A DNA stretch of 64,000 bases from Octopus bimaculoides (taxonomy: Eukaryota), in assembly GCF_001194135.2 (NCBI RefSeq), contig NC_068992.1, forward strand, positions 62,214,964-62,278,963, written 5' to 3'. The translations under genes and the position numbers were made by a program. Shown piece by piece: positions 36,815 through 51,179 of this stretch. The stretch's first letter is position 1. Every line of letters begins with the position of its first letter. The notes under the pieces are model-generated. The model had not been told where the DNA came from. It did no database searches and saw nothing but the letters and a program-made list of their open reading frames with translations.

Positions 36815-37185
36815 TAACTTATTTCAGTCATTAGACTCTGTGGCCATGCTGGGGCACCTCCTTGAAGAATTTTTAGTCGAATGTATTGACCCCCACCAGT
36901 ACTTATGTTTTAAAAGCCTGGTACTTATTCTATCGGTCTCTTTTGCTATACTGTTAAGTTATGGGAACGTAAACACACCAGCACTCATTGTCTAGTGGTC
37001 GTGGAGGGGAGACAAATGCAGATACAGACACACACACATACATATGTGATGTGCTTCTTTCAGTTTCCGTCTATTGAATCCTCCCACAAGACTTCCGAGG
37101 CTATAGTAGAAGACACCTGCCCAAGATGTCATGCAGTGGGACTGAACCCAGAGCCATTTGGTTGGGAAGCAATCTTCTTACTACG
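36815..37185 (-). mobile_element. SINE family A, full length
   Basis: Reverse complement colinear with family A. Confidence 0.85.
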
Positions 37186-37499
37186 TAGCTCTGACAGCAC
37201 CTTTCATTTCAATAGGTTTTTAAAACATTGAAGAATTTGGTAAAATGACTTGGCCCTTAATAGACTAGGCTCTCTTCTTTTGTTTGACAATATTTTGTCT
37301 CACAAGTTACTTGGCAATTCTTTTCACTTGTGTTGTGTAAAAAGCACCCAGTTCATTCTGTTAAGTGGTTGGCTTTAAGAAGGACATCTAACCATAGAAA
37401 ATATACCAAAACAGACTCTGGATCTTGATGCAGTTCTCTGGCTGCACCAAGATCCTGTCAAATTGTCCCATCCATGGCACCATAGAAGATAGTTGTTAA

Positions 37500-37715
37500 T
37501 CCTCTTGCATTCAAATTATTCAGTCAAATTTAATGCTTACTTATTCCTGTTCTTTTGTATATTTCATGCATTATCTTGTAGGCTTGAGATTTCAATGATG
37601 TGGTTGATTAATTTTAGGATGACATTGTGGGTGAGGCATGAGAGGCATGATCTGGCCAGTCAGAACATAAAACAGGATATTTGGGCTGGATAAGGCTGGT
37701 TTAGATGCTAAAGGG
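37500..37715 (+). mobile_element. piggyBac-like MITE family G2
   Basis: TTAA flanks; colinear with 46036-46257. Confidence 0.8.
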
Positions 37716-37771
37716 TTAAATGATGATGATGTTGATGTTGAGGATGATTCCACCAGATTTTAGTTCATCTT

Positions 37772-38180
37772 TTATCTTTTACTTCTTTCAGTTATTAGAC
37801 GGTGGCCATGCTGGGGCATGGGGCCTTGAAGAATTTCTAGTTGGATGAATTGACCCTACTACTTTTTTTTTTAAGTCTGGTTCTTATTCTATTGGTCTCT
37901 TACTGAACCACTAAGTTATGGGGACATAAACACACCAACACCAGTTGTCAATTGGTGGTGAGAAGACAAACACAGACACAAAGGCACACACACACACATT
38001 GAAATATACTTATAAATATATACAATGGGCTTCTTTCAGTTTCCATCTACCAAACTCACTCACAAGGCTTTGGTCCACCCGAGGTTATAGTAGAAGACAC
38101 TTGCACAAGGTGCCATGGGATCGAACCCTGAACCATGAGATTGGGAAGCAAGCTTCTTACCACACAACCACACCTGCACC
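37772..38180 (-). mobile_element. SINE family A, full length
   Basis: Reverse complement colinear with family A. Confidence 0.85.
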
Positions 38181-38759
38181 TGTTTTCTGTCATAGTTTTT
38201 CTGTAGGGAAAGATTTTTAAAATGATCTCTGCATTTGAGCCAGGTTAACTCAACTCTCTCCAAATGCTAAATTGATGTTTTCTCTTCATTTTTTTTTTTT
38301 TTTGGTTTGTTTTGTAGTATTACTTGCATTTGAATCTACATATAAAATTTCTATTAAAAAAAAGAATGTCCTAATTTGAACCTGTATATAAAAAAGAAAA
38401 AAACGAAGTTATGTTTGTTCAGTTGTTACCCTATTATCAAATGACATGAAATCAATGGCTGCAAGACACAACCACCACCTGGAAAAGTGAAACCAATAAA
38501 CATATAAAAAAAAACTAAAAAAAACAAAGTAATACAAAATAGAAATAACCAATCAGTTTCTTTACCTAACATGTATAACCATAGCTTAAAAATATTTCAT
38601 ATGAAAAAAATAATATTTACTGTGGTAAATAGCCTAATATATGAGGTAAATACATGAGTCTGTTTGTGTGTGTATAGATGTATGCACGTTTGTGTGTGTG
38701 TGCGTGTTCTTGTGTTTTTAAACACCGAAAGGATATCTTTGGTTTGACAGTTTTAATGC

Positions 38760-39418
38760 TGTTAACCATATTTCGGTAGAAATACATTGTCTTTATTTCA
38801 ATTAATTTTTCAAATATTGAAGACAGTATAATAATTTTGTCATTATTAAACTGTAGTTTTGAACATAAATTAATATGAAATTTTGATGGAATCATTTTTA
38901 ACCCTTTCGGTAGCATATTTCTAATGAAATACATTGTGTTTGGTCTGTTTCAATAAATTTTAAAAATAAAGAAGAATTTATTGAAAAAGCTTTGTCATCA
39001 TTAATCTTGTGTTTGAAATATAAATTGACATGAAATTTTGATGGAAGATCACGTTAAAACAGGAAGTTTATATAACAGAACTTGTGGAAGTCTCAGGTGA
39101 ATTACAGAACAAATAGACTGATAACCAGACATTATCTAACCATTTTCTTTCCATATTTCTGAAGAATTTAGTAAAAATTTAGTAAAATAACTCTATCATT
39201 GTTAAGGTGATATTTGGAATGTAAATCAACATGAAATTCTGATGGAAAATTTTTAATTAAGAGGATCTTAAAACAGGGCATTTGCATCTCAAAACCAGAA
39301 GCAATCTTAGTTTGCTATTGAAAAAATTCTGAAGTTTTTCATATAGATCCCTTTAAACAAGAAATTTGATTGTAGAACCACAGGTGGTCACAAGTGGGTT
39401 GGTATCAAAAGAGTTGAA
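38760..39418 (+). mobile_element. Cluster of 3-4 partial G1-related MITE units in tandem
   Basis: Repeated gaagaattta..aaaataac..atgaaattttgatggaa motifs shared with 51607-51827. Internal ttaaccctttcggtagc; end ggtatcaaaagagttgaa. Confidence 0.6.
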
Positions 39419-40359
39419 TAACAACATTCTTTGGTTTTGTCAGGTGTGTTATGTAAGGATGTGGCTTTGATAAATGATGTTTACTTTGCAACTTTCTGTA
39501 AAGTGGCCAGTATTAGGAAAGACATCCAGCGATAGAAAACCATGCCAAAGCAGATGCTGGAGTACCATGTGGTCGGATGCTGTGGAACTGTCCAACCTGT
39601 GCTTGTAGAACATGTGTTAATAATAATGATGATATTGATATCAATGATGATGATGAAAATGATGATGACAACAACGATGATGATTATGATGGTGATGGTG
39701 ACAATGTCAATGACAACAATGATGATGATGATGTAAGAACCTCAAAACAAGTGATTTGTGGTATTAGTTGTGGATGGTTGCATTCTGAGATCAAACCTCA
39801 ACATAGCTTTTCTGGGTGATAGACTTTGCCCATCAGTCATATCAGCACCACTACTTGGAACCTTGGGTTGCTCTTGCAGTCTCTCCACTCAGTTGAAGCA
39901 TTCAGGTAATGTTTCCAGTTTGAAGATCCCTTCTCCCTTCCAACTTTGTAGACCTCATAAATAAGTCCTGGGCCCTCTATTGACTAAAAGATGAAGAAAA
40001 ATAAAATTGAATTAAAAAAAAAACGAATTTATACTGTAATTTTCAGAATACAAACCAATGTAGTATATAGTGTAAACACCACCATCATCATCATCATCAT
40101 CGTTTAACATCTGCTTTCAATGCTGGCATGGGTTAGAGGAGCTGTCCAGACTCCAATTATCTATTGTGACATGGTTTCTATGGCTGGATGCCCTTCTGAA
40201 TGCCAATCCCTTAACAAAGTGTGCTGAGACTCTTTTACATACCACTGGTACAGGTACATTTATGCAGCACTGGTACCTGAAAGGACAAGCCAGTATGTGT
40301 TGAAAGATAAGCCTGTATGTAAACATGTCATGTGAATATTTAAACAGTGTCCCTATGTT

Positions 40360-41113
40360 TCTAAATCCTGTTGTATTCCACATGAAATTTTTGGTCCTCC
40401 AAAGTCATCTTGGTGTATATATAAACCCAACCTAGTTTTGGTTGTAGATTCCAACTTGTCTGCTGGAAAATACAGTAGGCATGCAATCAATGCTGTACAC
40501 CTATGTATAACTAACTGGCACTCCATCGCTTACGATGATAAGGGTTCCAGTTGATCTGATCAATGAAACAGCCTGCTTGTTAAATTAATGTGCAAGTGGC
40601 GGAGCACTCTATAGACATGTGTACCTTCAGGGTAGCACTCGGAGAGATTCAGCATGACAGAGTATGACATGGCTGGCCCTTTGACATACAGGTACTGCTC
40701 ATTTTTGCCAGCTGAGTGGACTGGAGCAACATGAAATAAAGTGTCTTGCTCAAGGACACAACGCATCGCCAAGAATTGAACCCATGACCTTATGACCGTG
40801 AACTGAATACCCTAACCACTAAACCCTGTGCCTTCACACATCTGTGTATATATCTCCATCAACCAAACTATTTGTGATATCCATGGTGTGAGCTGAAATG
40901 CATATTGGATTTTTCCAGGATACAAGTTCATGTGGTATGTAGCGTAAACATGTAATGTAAACATCCAAACATTGTCTCTATCTTTCCAAATCCTGCTGCA
41001 TTTCGCATGGAATTTTTCACCCTCCAAAGTCGTCTTAGTGTGTAAGCTGACCAATCTATTTTTTTGGCTGTAAATTATGGTCTGAAAATTTCGACTTGTG
41101 CCTGAAAACACAG
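40360..41113. mobile_element. Two related pogo/Tigger-like MITE ends separated by a SINE
   Basis: 40360-40476 and about 40985-41113 are similar (ccaaagtc.tctt.gtgt) and end in gaaaa(t/c)acagta, the reverse complement of a tactgt(a/g)ttttc-type TIR. A third relic lies near 41560-41635. Confidence 0.45.
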
Positions 41114-42282
41114 TAGATCACTTCATAACGAGGAAGTCTCTTTTATTTCATGGTTGTATGAGTGATCTCAGACAGGTCGGTATCTTTTATATCCTGGTGT
41201 TGGAAGCAGGGGGAAAGAAAGTATTCACGTGGTGCAATACATTTACTTTTACACGAAATTCAGCCCTCTCTATCAATGGCTCACAGTCAATTGCTCACAA
41301 GCAAATGCCCATTATCAATTACTGCTGTCAACTCGACAGTTCTTTACTTTATTGAAATGCATCAGTCCACTTTTAGTCACATGGGGGTGGTCAAAATCCT
41401 TCAACTAGAATATCTAAAGAGTTAAAGAATATCCTTTAGAAGCAAACCCTTTTACATTCTTTGTTCATATGTTGCAATTTCTATTCATTTCTAGGTCCCA
41501 AGAGTTCTAATATTAAAGTGTCTCCCAAATTAACTAATGGCATTCCATGTAGGATGTTTGGTTTTCCACAGTTATCTTGGGGTATAAGTTGACCTAAACC
41601 GTTTTAGCTGTAAATTTTGGTCGGCAAAATATGGTAACATCAAAGAATGAAAGTCAAAGTTGACCTTGGCAACATTTGAACTCACAGCTAAGAGAACTGG
41701 AGCATATTCCACACACAAGATGTCTTGTCTGATGCTCTAGCAAACTCTGCCAATTTGCAGCCTTACTTGTATGTTTCTAGGAATTCACTTTACCATTTCT
41801 TGCATGTTAATATGATGGGAATGGATTTTGTAAAATTTAATGGGAAACTTAAATCGAAAGTTTAGTAGAAGAAAGCAACAAGGAATAACATGAATCCCAA
41901 CCAATTTTAATGTAAATTGATTTTTAAATACATTTCCGTTAATGTGTTCTGCTGTTGACATGTTAATATAGCTGTCATCATCATCATCATTGTCATCATC
42001 ATCATTTTCACATCTGCTTTCATGTGCTTGCATGGGTTGGACAGAACTCATTCAGGCAAATTTGATTTTCTAATGGCCGGATGCCCTGCCTCCCACCAAC
42101 CCTCACCTGCTCTCCGAAAAAAGGTAATATTTCCCCATGGCTGGACATGCTTACATAGAAGATGGAAGATGATTGGCAGCAACATTTGCTTACAACAGCC
42201 ATGTTATGTAAAGATAAAGACACCCCACCCAACACATATATGCATTTAAACATACATAAATTCACACACACTCGTATATATT

Positions 42283-42344
<62 letters not shown>

Positions 42345-42417
42345 CATACATATACATATGCCCATACACACACAGATACATATGTGTGTGTGTAAGAACT
42401 GACTGTAGTCAAGGCTG

Positions 42418-42460
<43 letters not shown>

Positions 42461-42464
<4 letters not shown>

Positions 42465-42905
42465 AGTTGAGGAATAATTCATGAGTGTTTTTTTCAAATT
42501 TATTTTAAGCAAAAAAACCACAACAGATTACTCATTAGCAAACTCTGCATTATTGCTTATGACTTCTTCCCACCGTTCAATAAGTTTTTTGATGCCTCAG
42601 TGATAGAAATCTCCTGGTCTTGACTCGAAGAATTCGTCCAACCAAGCTCTCAATTCCACGTCATTATTGAACAATACACCACTCAAAGCATTCAAAAGTG
42701 GTCGAAAGAAATGAAAATCTGACAGCACCAAGTCTGGAGAGTATGTAGGATGAGGCAGCACTTCCCATTCGAGTTCTTGAATCATGACTTTGGTCATATT
42801 TGAGATGTGAGGATGGGCCATAACGTGTTGCACCCAAGTGCCGAGTTTCTGAATCTTGCCCATTGAGTGAAGGTGGTTCACCACAGTATCTTTTATCACA
42901 ATGGC
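42461..42905 (-). mobile_element. mariner (DD34D) relic with central deletion
   Basis: HLHSMGKIQKLGTWVQH|..AHPHISNMTK..LEWEVLPHPTYSPDLVLSDFHFFR..WLDEFFES. Terminal TIR-like tattgagttgaggaataa. Confidence 0.85.
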
Positions 42906-43434
42906 TAACAATGGCTTGAACTCAGAACATAGTGATGAGACTTAATTCTGTTTGTTATGAGCTCAGGAACTCACAAGGTCAGCGTTGAACTTGGTTTCTA
43001 TAGAGTATAAATGGCTGAATTTACAACACTCTCCCTCCACTGGGACTTGATCCTGTCACAAGGTTAACTTCTCAGCTATTGCTGGAGCTCGTTTTCAGCA
43101 GAGTAGACTAGAAAAATGAGATAAGTTCCTTGCTTAAGGACACAATGTACTGCCTGCTGCAGGAATTGAAACTGTGATCTTACAAATGTTCATGCAACAT
43201 TCTAACCACTGGGCCACGCACCTGATAATGAAAAATAATCCTATTATAGGCAAAAAAGCCTGAAATATTAAAGAAAGTGGGATAGTTGATCTCATTGACC
43301 TCAATACTTGGATGGTACTTATTTTATTGACCTTGTAGTGGGAATATATAGCCAGTACAAGGTGTTGATGTGGCTGTGTGTATGTTATTACAATAGTTCA
43401 TAAAAAGATGAAGAATAAATTCAAGACTTATATA

Positions 43435-43768
43435 CTCTTTTACTTGTTTCAGTCATTTGACTGGGGTCATGCTGGAGCACCGCTTTTAGTTGAGCAAATC
43501 AACCCCAGGACTTATTCTTTGGATGCCTAGTACTTATTCTATTGGTCTCTTTTGCTGAACCGCTAAGTTACAGGGATGTAAACACACCAGCATCAATTGT
43601 CAAGCGATGTTCGGAGGACAGACACACACACACACACACANNNNNNNNNNGCTTTGGTCGGCCCGAGGCTATAGTAGAAGACACTTGCCCAAGGTGTCAC
43701 GCAGTGGGAATGAACCCGGAACCATGTGGTTGGTAAGCAAGCTACTTATCACACACCCACTCCTGTGC
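43435..43768 (-). mobile_element. SINE family A spanning a 10-N gap
   Basis: Reverse complement colinear with family A. Confidence 0.85.
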
Positions 43769-45439
43769 CTATATATATTTACTACATAAAAATATATTTT
43801 ATTTACTGGTCAATGGTGATACATAGAATCAAAATGTAGAATCTAGTTGAATGAAGTAATCTATGCAAGAAAGTACAGAGACAGGAAATGTAGAAATAAG
43901 AGCTAAGTGGTGGTTTCCAGTCATGTGGCAGAGAGAAATAGATGGGCATAGTGAATGGCTCTAAGTCTAATCAAATAAGAAGTGAAGAGCAGGGTTAGCA
44001 GGCTGTTTTTATTAATGGAACGCTAGACATTCTAGAAACTTCCTAAGCTTCTTGAATAATTAAGAATCATGTCTCATGACACAGATGCTTCGAGAAACTT
44101 AGAAAAGGGAGGTTACTTTATAAATATTTCTTACAAAGGAGATCACTCAACTATTTAGCTATGTAGACCGCTGCAACCTTAAGAGGATGAAAAAGGTGAA
44201 GTCAACCTTAGCAGAATTTGAACTCAGAATGTAAAGATAGATGAAATGCCACTAAGCATCTTGCCTGGCATGCTAACGATTCTGGCAGCTTGCCACCCTA
44301 ATGATAAGAAATTATATAAATCCTGACTTTCTTTTTATTGCTGGTATGAATAAAGTTTCTAAAATTGAGAAATTCAAAAGATAATTTTGGCCTAATTGTA
44401 GAACCTCTGTCATGTAAATGGAAGATGTCAGTTCAAGTCTCATGAGCAGTCTTTGACTTTTTCTATCCTAAAGAATTTTTAGACCTAATATTTACTTGCT
44501 ATTATTTATAGCTCTGTGCTCCAAGATTCACCATTCCAAAACAGAATTCATCAACATCATCATCATCATCATCATTATTATTTAACGCCTGTTTTTCATG
44601 CTGGCATGGGTTAGATGGTTTAACTGGGGCTGATAAGCCAGAGAGCTGCACCAAACTCCAGTCTGTTTTGACTTGGTTTCTATGGCTGGATGCCCTTCCT
44701 AATGCTAACCCTTCCAAAGAGTGTACTGGGTGCCTTTTACATATCACTGGCACAGCATGGGTGCCATTCATGTTTCATGGCATAGATGCCATTCAGGCAT
44801 CACTGACACAGGACTTGAAAAAAAAAGTACATTTAAATATTTTTCATTCAAAATACATTTCCTTTAATGTGCTCCATGTGTTTTAATTTCTGTTAGTTTG
44901 GCTTGCTGAAGCTAACGATGATTTGAACTCAGAGTACGATGACAAAAACTAGCAATTACAAAATTGACACAGCAGAAAGTAATTAACAAGCACTGGATGG
45001 ATGGGTGGTGGTGGTGGAAGGTGGGATGGTTTGAAATAATCGTTAAAAAATAACGGTTTGGGTAATAAACATTGACAAGATTTTATTACAGAAAATTTTG
45101 TTGGCAAAAGACAGGACATTTAATTTTTATATTCGAATGGAAACAAAAATTTATGCTTCTTTTGTGAAAATCCTTTTATTCTTTTACTGATTCCTGTCAT
45201 TGAACTGCGACCATACTGGAGCATCACTTTCAAGGGTTTCCTTTTCTTGGTTGATAATGGTTGAGAACAGTAATACGTGTGGTGCTTATGGTTGTGTGGT
45301 TAAGAAGTTTGTTTCCTAATCACATGGTTTGGGTTCAGTCCCAACTGTGTGACACCTTGAGCAAGTGTTCTTTTAGTATAGCCTTGGACTGACCAAAGTG
45401 TTGTGAGTGGACTTAGGAGGTGGAAGCTTGAAGAAAATT

Positions 45440-45512
<73 letters not shown>

Positions 45513-46035
45513 AAGGTGACAGTGGACCAAGATGATTGGCAAATTGCTGTGTTCGAGGAGATCCCTCTATCACAGCAGAAATGATATCCTGAAACCTCTT
45601 TGTTTATGTTTCTATGTGTGGGGCTCTGTTCCCATCTTCTCTCTCTCTCTCCCTCTCTCTACCCTGTCCAGCATTTCCTCCACATCTCATCCTCTGTCTG
45701 ATGTTCCAATTGGCTGCTGTAATCATCTGAGAGCAGAGTAACCACATATTACACCCCCTCCCCTCTAGTTTCCCTCCACCTCTAGTTTCCCTCCACCTCT
45801 GGAACCAATTCCATTTCTCCTTGTCATCCCCTGCCCACACTATTTCTACCAATCACCTCCTTTCTGCTCCTTCAACCATTGCTCTCTCATCTGCTCCACT
45901 CCACTCCCAACACCTCTCTTATCTGCTATCAATGACCTCTCATACTTACCATCACATCCCACTTAACGAGACCCCTTAGCCACTCCGATATCTCCAGCCA
46001 TCATTCCCTACGTTCTTCTCTAACCCCATCTTTAA

Positions 46036-46257
46036 CCCTTTAGCATTCAGGTTTCTCTGTGAACTGTATTGCTTATTTATTCACACTGCTTTGAATTAAT
46101 CACATGAATTATCTTGTTGCTTTATGATATCAATGACGTGGTTGCTTACATTTAGAATGACATTGTAGGGCAAGTGTGAGAAGCTTGATCTAGCCAGTTT
46201 GAACATAAAGCAAATATAATATTTTGGCTGAAAATGACCAATTTAAATGTTAAAGGG
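46036..46257 (+). mobile_element. piggyBac-like MITE family G2
   Basis: TTAA-ccctttagcattc ... aatgttaaaggg-TTAA; 222 bp. Confidence 0.85.
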
Positions 46258-48729
46258 TTAATCATTTCCTTTCAAAATATTATGAAACTTCTCCTTCTAC
46301 CCCTGCAATCCACTGTCTGCATCCTCTCTTACCTTCTATCTTGAGATGCTCCAGCATCCTGCCACCACTTCCCCCTTCTTTCCAGCTGCTCCTACCTACC
46401 CTTATATAATTTTGGGTAGCTCTGAATTTCTGGAGCAAAACACTTGGGCTTGTTCCTCCATCACACACAAACTTCACAACAAACATATAGCACAGAACCA
46501 TTGCTCCTTCTCTCCCTCTCCCTCTCCCCTTCTCTCCCTCTCCCTCTCCCCTTATCTCCCTATCCCCTTCTCTCCCTCTCCCCTTCTCTCCCTCTCAACT
46601 ACTACAACTCCCCCCACTTCCACATAGTCCTGGTAGCTTTTCTTTTTTTCCTTCTCTCCTTTTTTTCCTTCCCTCCTTTTTTTCCTTCCCTCCTTTTTTT
46701 CCTCCTCTTTGTTCCTTTCTGTTCCTGCATTATTAATAACTTGGCTGCCTCACTGGTGCCTGTGTCACAAAAAAGAAGCACTCAGTACACGTTGTAAAGT
46801 GGTTGGCATTAGGAAAGGCATCCAGCTGTAGAAGAAACCTTGCCGAAGACAACACTAGAGCTCAATGGAGCCTTATGTCCCACCAGACTCTGCCGGATCA
46901 TCCTAACCCATGCTAGCATCGAAAACAGGCATTAAATGATGGTGTTGACGATGATGATGATAATGGTAGTAACACACATTGCCACTTAGTGTAGGCAGAG
47001 TGATGTTATAGAGAATGATAATAATGGATTTTGTAAAATTAGATAAATTAGATGTGATGCATTGTGAATATTTCAGTAGAACAAATTAATGCAATATTAA
47101 TAGAAAACTGACTGTTTTCTGTTTTTTTTTTTTTATTCACTCTTCTTTAAATGTATTCCTGCAAAAATTATTTTAATGTATTCTACTCTTAAAGACTCAG
47201 TTTGGTGAGATCTTGTGAAAACTAGAAGCGAAAATTTTACACTTAGTCTCAGAGCTTAAAGGATTAATATATTGTTGCTCCATGCTGATATTACAAACAA
47301 GGAGGCTTTTCCATATCTGTTTTATTATTGTTGTATCAACTGCTTTTAATAGAAAGATGAAGAGATAGGTGCAGCCATGGCTGTATGGTACAAAGCTTGC
47401 TTCCCAACCACATGGTTCTGGGTTCAGTCCCATTGTATTACACTTTGGGCAAGGTAAAGCAAAGGGTAAAAACCCGCTTCAGTTATGAATGACCATGGGA
47501 TTTGCACTTAGAAAGTTCTCCTCCAAGGCAAGGTTGTTTATGGAAGACCAGCAGTTACCCATGCTGTGTGTTGTATTCTTGAGCAAGACACTTTATTTCA
47601 CATTGCTCCAGTTCACTCAGCTGTAGAAATGAGTTACAACAACACTGATGCCAAGCTGTATCGGCCTCTTTGCCTTTCCCTTGGATAACATCAGTGGCAT
47701 GGAGAGGGGAGACTGGTATGCCTGGGAAACTGCTGGTCTTCCATAAAACAACCTTGCTTGGACTTGTGTCATGTAGGGGAATATTCTAGGTGCAATCTCA
47801 TGATCATTCATGACTGAAGGGGGTCTTTACCCTAACCCTTTTATATCATCATCATCATCGTTTAACGTCCGCTTTCCATGCTAGCATGGGTTGGACGATT
47901 TGACTAATTATTTGAAGGATCGAAATGAATAGAGGTATTTTAGTAATAAGGACACCAAGTTAGGGTTGAGAATAGCATATCTGTGTATCAACTGTATATA
48001 TGGATACCCACGCATATATTAATGTATATACGGGCTTGCCCTACCAATTGCATGCACATGAACAGATCAACACACCCATTGATATAATATATATATATAT
48101 GTATATATTCACACACACATATATATATACACATATATATATATTTAAATATATATATGTATATATGTGAGTTCCTGGTTTTGGGTAAGAGAAAATACAG
48201 GAGGATCAGTCAATTAGGATTTTATTCAACATATTCTCCTCTCAGATCCACTCACTTATTGCAGCAGTCCCTTGGTTTTTCTAAGCCCTGTAAAAGAAAT
48301 TGGAAGTTTGAGCCTCAAACCCAAGGTACTGCGTTCTGAGATTGAACTGCCAAACCACATATCTGGGAAGCAAACTTCTGAACCACACAGCAATGCTTGC
48401 AATTAGTGTCTCTGATATAAAATTACCAAAGAGATATTACATTTCTATTCTGATCAGCTTCAAGAAACCAAGGTTAAGTAGCAACATTTGACACTCTCTC
48501 TGGGTCTTTGCAGTTATTCACATGTTTTTCATCATCTTCATCATCATGATCATGATCATCATCTTCATTTATCGTCTGTTTTCCATGCTGGTATGGGTTG
48601 GATGGTTTGACAGGAACTGCCAACCAGAGAGCTACTCCAGGCACCAGTTGTCTGTTTTGACATGGTTTCTGCAGCAAGATGTCCTTCCTAGTGTCAATTA
48701 CTTTACAGAATGTACTGAGTGTGTTTTAT

Positions 48730-48945
48730 GCGGCACCAGCATGGTTTCTTAATAGTGGCACCAGCATGGGCGCTTAATGTGGCACCAGCATGGGTACTTA
48801 ATATGTGGCACCAGCACGGGTGCTTAATATGTGGCACCAGCATTATTGCTTAATATGTGGCACAAGCATGGTTGCTTAATATGTGGCACCAGCATGGGTA
48901 CTTTTCACATGGCACTGGCACAGGTGCATTTTATGTGGCACACAT
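48730..48945. repeat. 24-26-bp tandem repeat (atgtggcaccagcatgggtgcttaat), about 8 units
   Basis: Expansion of the internal repeat of family D. A related 24-bp array on the opposite strand lies at 49060-49180. Confidence 0.85.
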
Positions 48946-50429
48946 TCTGCACTGTTATATGTGAATTACATGTATGTACACTCAGTGCTATGAAGTATAT
49001 TGTGATTATGTAGGCACTCTGTCCCTGACTATGTTTTGCTTATATAAAACTACCTGTGTGGTGCCACATAAAACTGACTATGTAGTGCCTCATAAAAGCA
49101 CATGTGCAGTGCCACAGAAAAGCGCCAGTATTGTGCCATATAAAAGAGTCTGTGTGGTGCCACACAAAAACACCCAGTACATTCTGTAAAGTGGTTGGCG
49201 TTGGGGAGGGTATCCAGCTGTAGAGACCATGCTAAGTCAGACTGGAGTCTGGTGCAGCTCTCCAGCTTGCCCACTCTGGTCAAAGCATCCAACCCATGCC
49301 AACATGAACAACAGACATTAAATGATGATGATGATGATACTTCCACATGTGCATCAGCATGTATTCGCATGTATCTATAATAAGGAATGCTTGCATCGAT
49401 GGACAGGTACAATTACATATGTACACACACACATATACACATAAATCATGTACATGTACTTATATACACAAAGACTTGTAGGCACACACATACATCCACA
49501 CATACTTACACATACACACACACACATACACATACACACATATTCACATACAAACACTTTCATACACACGAGTATATATATATATATACACACACTCATA
49601 TGGACATATTCACATACGCACAGACATAATATAACTGCTTACACTCACATACACTCATACACACATGCACAAACACACATGCAAACACACACAAATGCAC
49701 GCACACACATACTTAAACACATAAAACATTCAGATAGATACATACATACACACAAGCACAGACACACACATGCATATACAAGCACACACACATAAACACA
49801 CACATGCACTCTCACTCACATGTACATACACACACACGTGGTCTTGTACACAGACATACATCCAAGCACTCACACGCATACTCAAACATTATCTAGATAC
49901 ACACACACACATTCAAGCACTGACATGTACATGCACACATACTCACAACCTCACCCAATACACTCACGCAAACACATACATACGCATATTCCCTCACCTA
50001 CCCACCACAATGTATACAGGTAAATAGAAAGAGAGGTAGAGAGAGAGAGTGGGAGAGAGAGAGAGAGAGAGAGAGAGGCTGTGCTGGTGTTCGGTATGTG
50101 CAACATGAATGAAATAACTGAAAATCTTCCTAGATGTAGGTTGGTTCTACCAAATTACTTGTTTCTTGGAATCTCAAAGAGTTTGCAAACTAAACTAAAC
50201 TGAAGACAGACAGAAGAAATAAAAGAAAGAAAAAAATGAAAAAAGCGCAGAAAGAAAGAATTTACTCCCTACCACAATTCCACAAAGAATAAGTCTGTTG
50301 TAATGTTGAGATTTTTCTTTTAGCATTCTCTGAAGAATGTTTTAAAAGTCTACAGAAATTTCCTGAAGATTTTCATAACATAGATATAACCTAGGTGTAT
50401 TAGATGTGGCAGCCAGAGCAGCAGAAACA

Positions 50430-50795
50430 GCAACTGTAGTAGTAGTAGTAGTAATAGTAGTGGTGGTGGTGGTGGTGGTGGTGGTGGTGTTGATAGTAGT
50501 AGTCGTAATAGTAGTGGTGGTGGTGGTGGTGGTGGTGTTGATAGTAGTAGTCGTAATAGTAGTGGTAGTGGTGTTGGTGGCAGTGGTGATAGTGGTGGTG
50601 GTAGTAGTAGTGGTGATAGTGGTGGTGGTGTTCTTACTAGTAGCAGTAGTAGCTGTAGTAGTAGCATTAATAGTAGTAGTAGTGGTGATGGTAGTAGTAG
50701 TAGTAGTAGTAATAGTAGTGGTAGTGGTGATAGTGGTAGTATTATTATCATTATTATTAGTAGTGGTGGTGGTGGTGGTGGTGGTGGTGGTAGTG
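50430..50795. repeat. Compound trinucleotide array (GTA/GTG/ATA)n
   Basis: Read directly. Source of the poly-Val, poly-Thr and poly-Pro ORFs. Similar arrays at 7140-7950, 12230-12480, 26125-26570, 29380-29790, 33110-33330, 59860-60175. Confidence 0.95.
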
Positions 50796-51179
50796 ATTTT
50801 GCCTTTATTTTCTTGGTGGTCTCTTGTGTCCAAGAAAGACGATTCTGCAACTTGTTGCTGAATAACCAGCACAGATAATGTGTTTATAGCAAACGAATGC
50901 TTGTGCTGCATTTGGTCTGGCTCCTCCCATCAAATCAACATTGCTTGAATAGGTGCTGCCCACTGTGCCCCACATCAGATGTCAATTGATCACAGACTAA
51001 TGTGAGATGAAATATTTTGCCCAAGAACACAATACACTGTATGGTCTGGGAATTGAAACCACAATCTCACACTTGTATGTGCAACAATCTAATCACTAGG
51101 TCAGCCTATAATACATGTAACAAACTTGTGATTGAACATATTCCAGATGTGACCATCCTGTCTTTTTTTTGTTTTGGAG

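Noticed and set aside
50790-50840. FAFIFLVVSCVQ signal-peptide-like string after a GA-repeat/UTR-like region
   Set aside because: No in-frame ATG outside the microsatellite and no GT donor at the required phase-1 position.
50342-50911. Long poly-Thr, poly-Val and poly-Pro/Leu ORFs (also 29412-29754, 33022-33585, 59947-60654, 12264-12651, 26013-26681)
   Set aside because: These are translations of trinucleotide microsatellites, open in several frames on both strands, with no splice or domain support.
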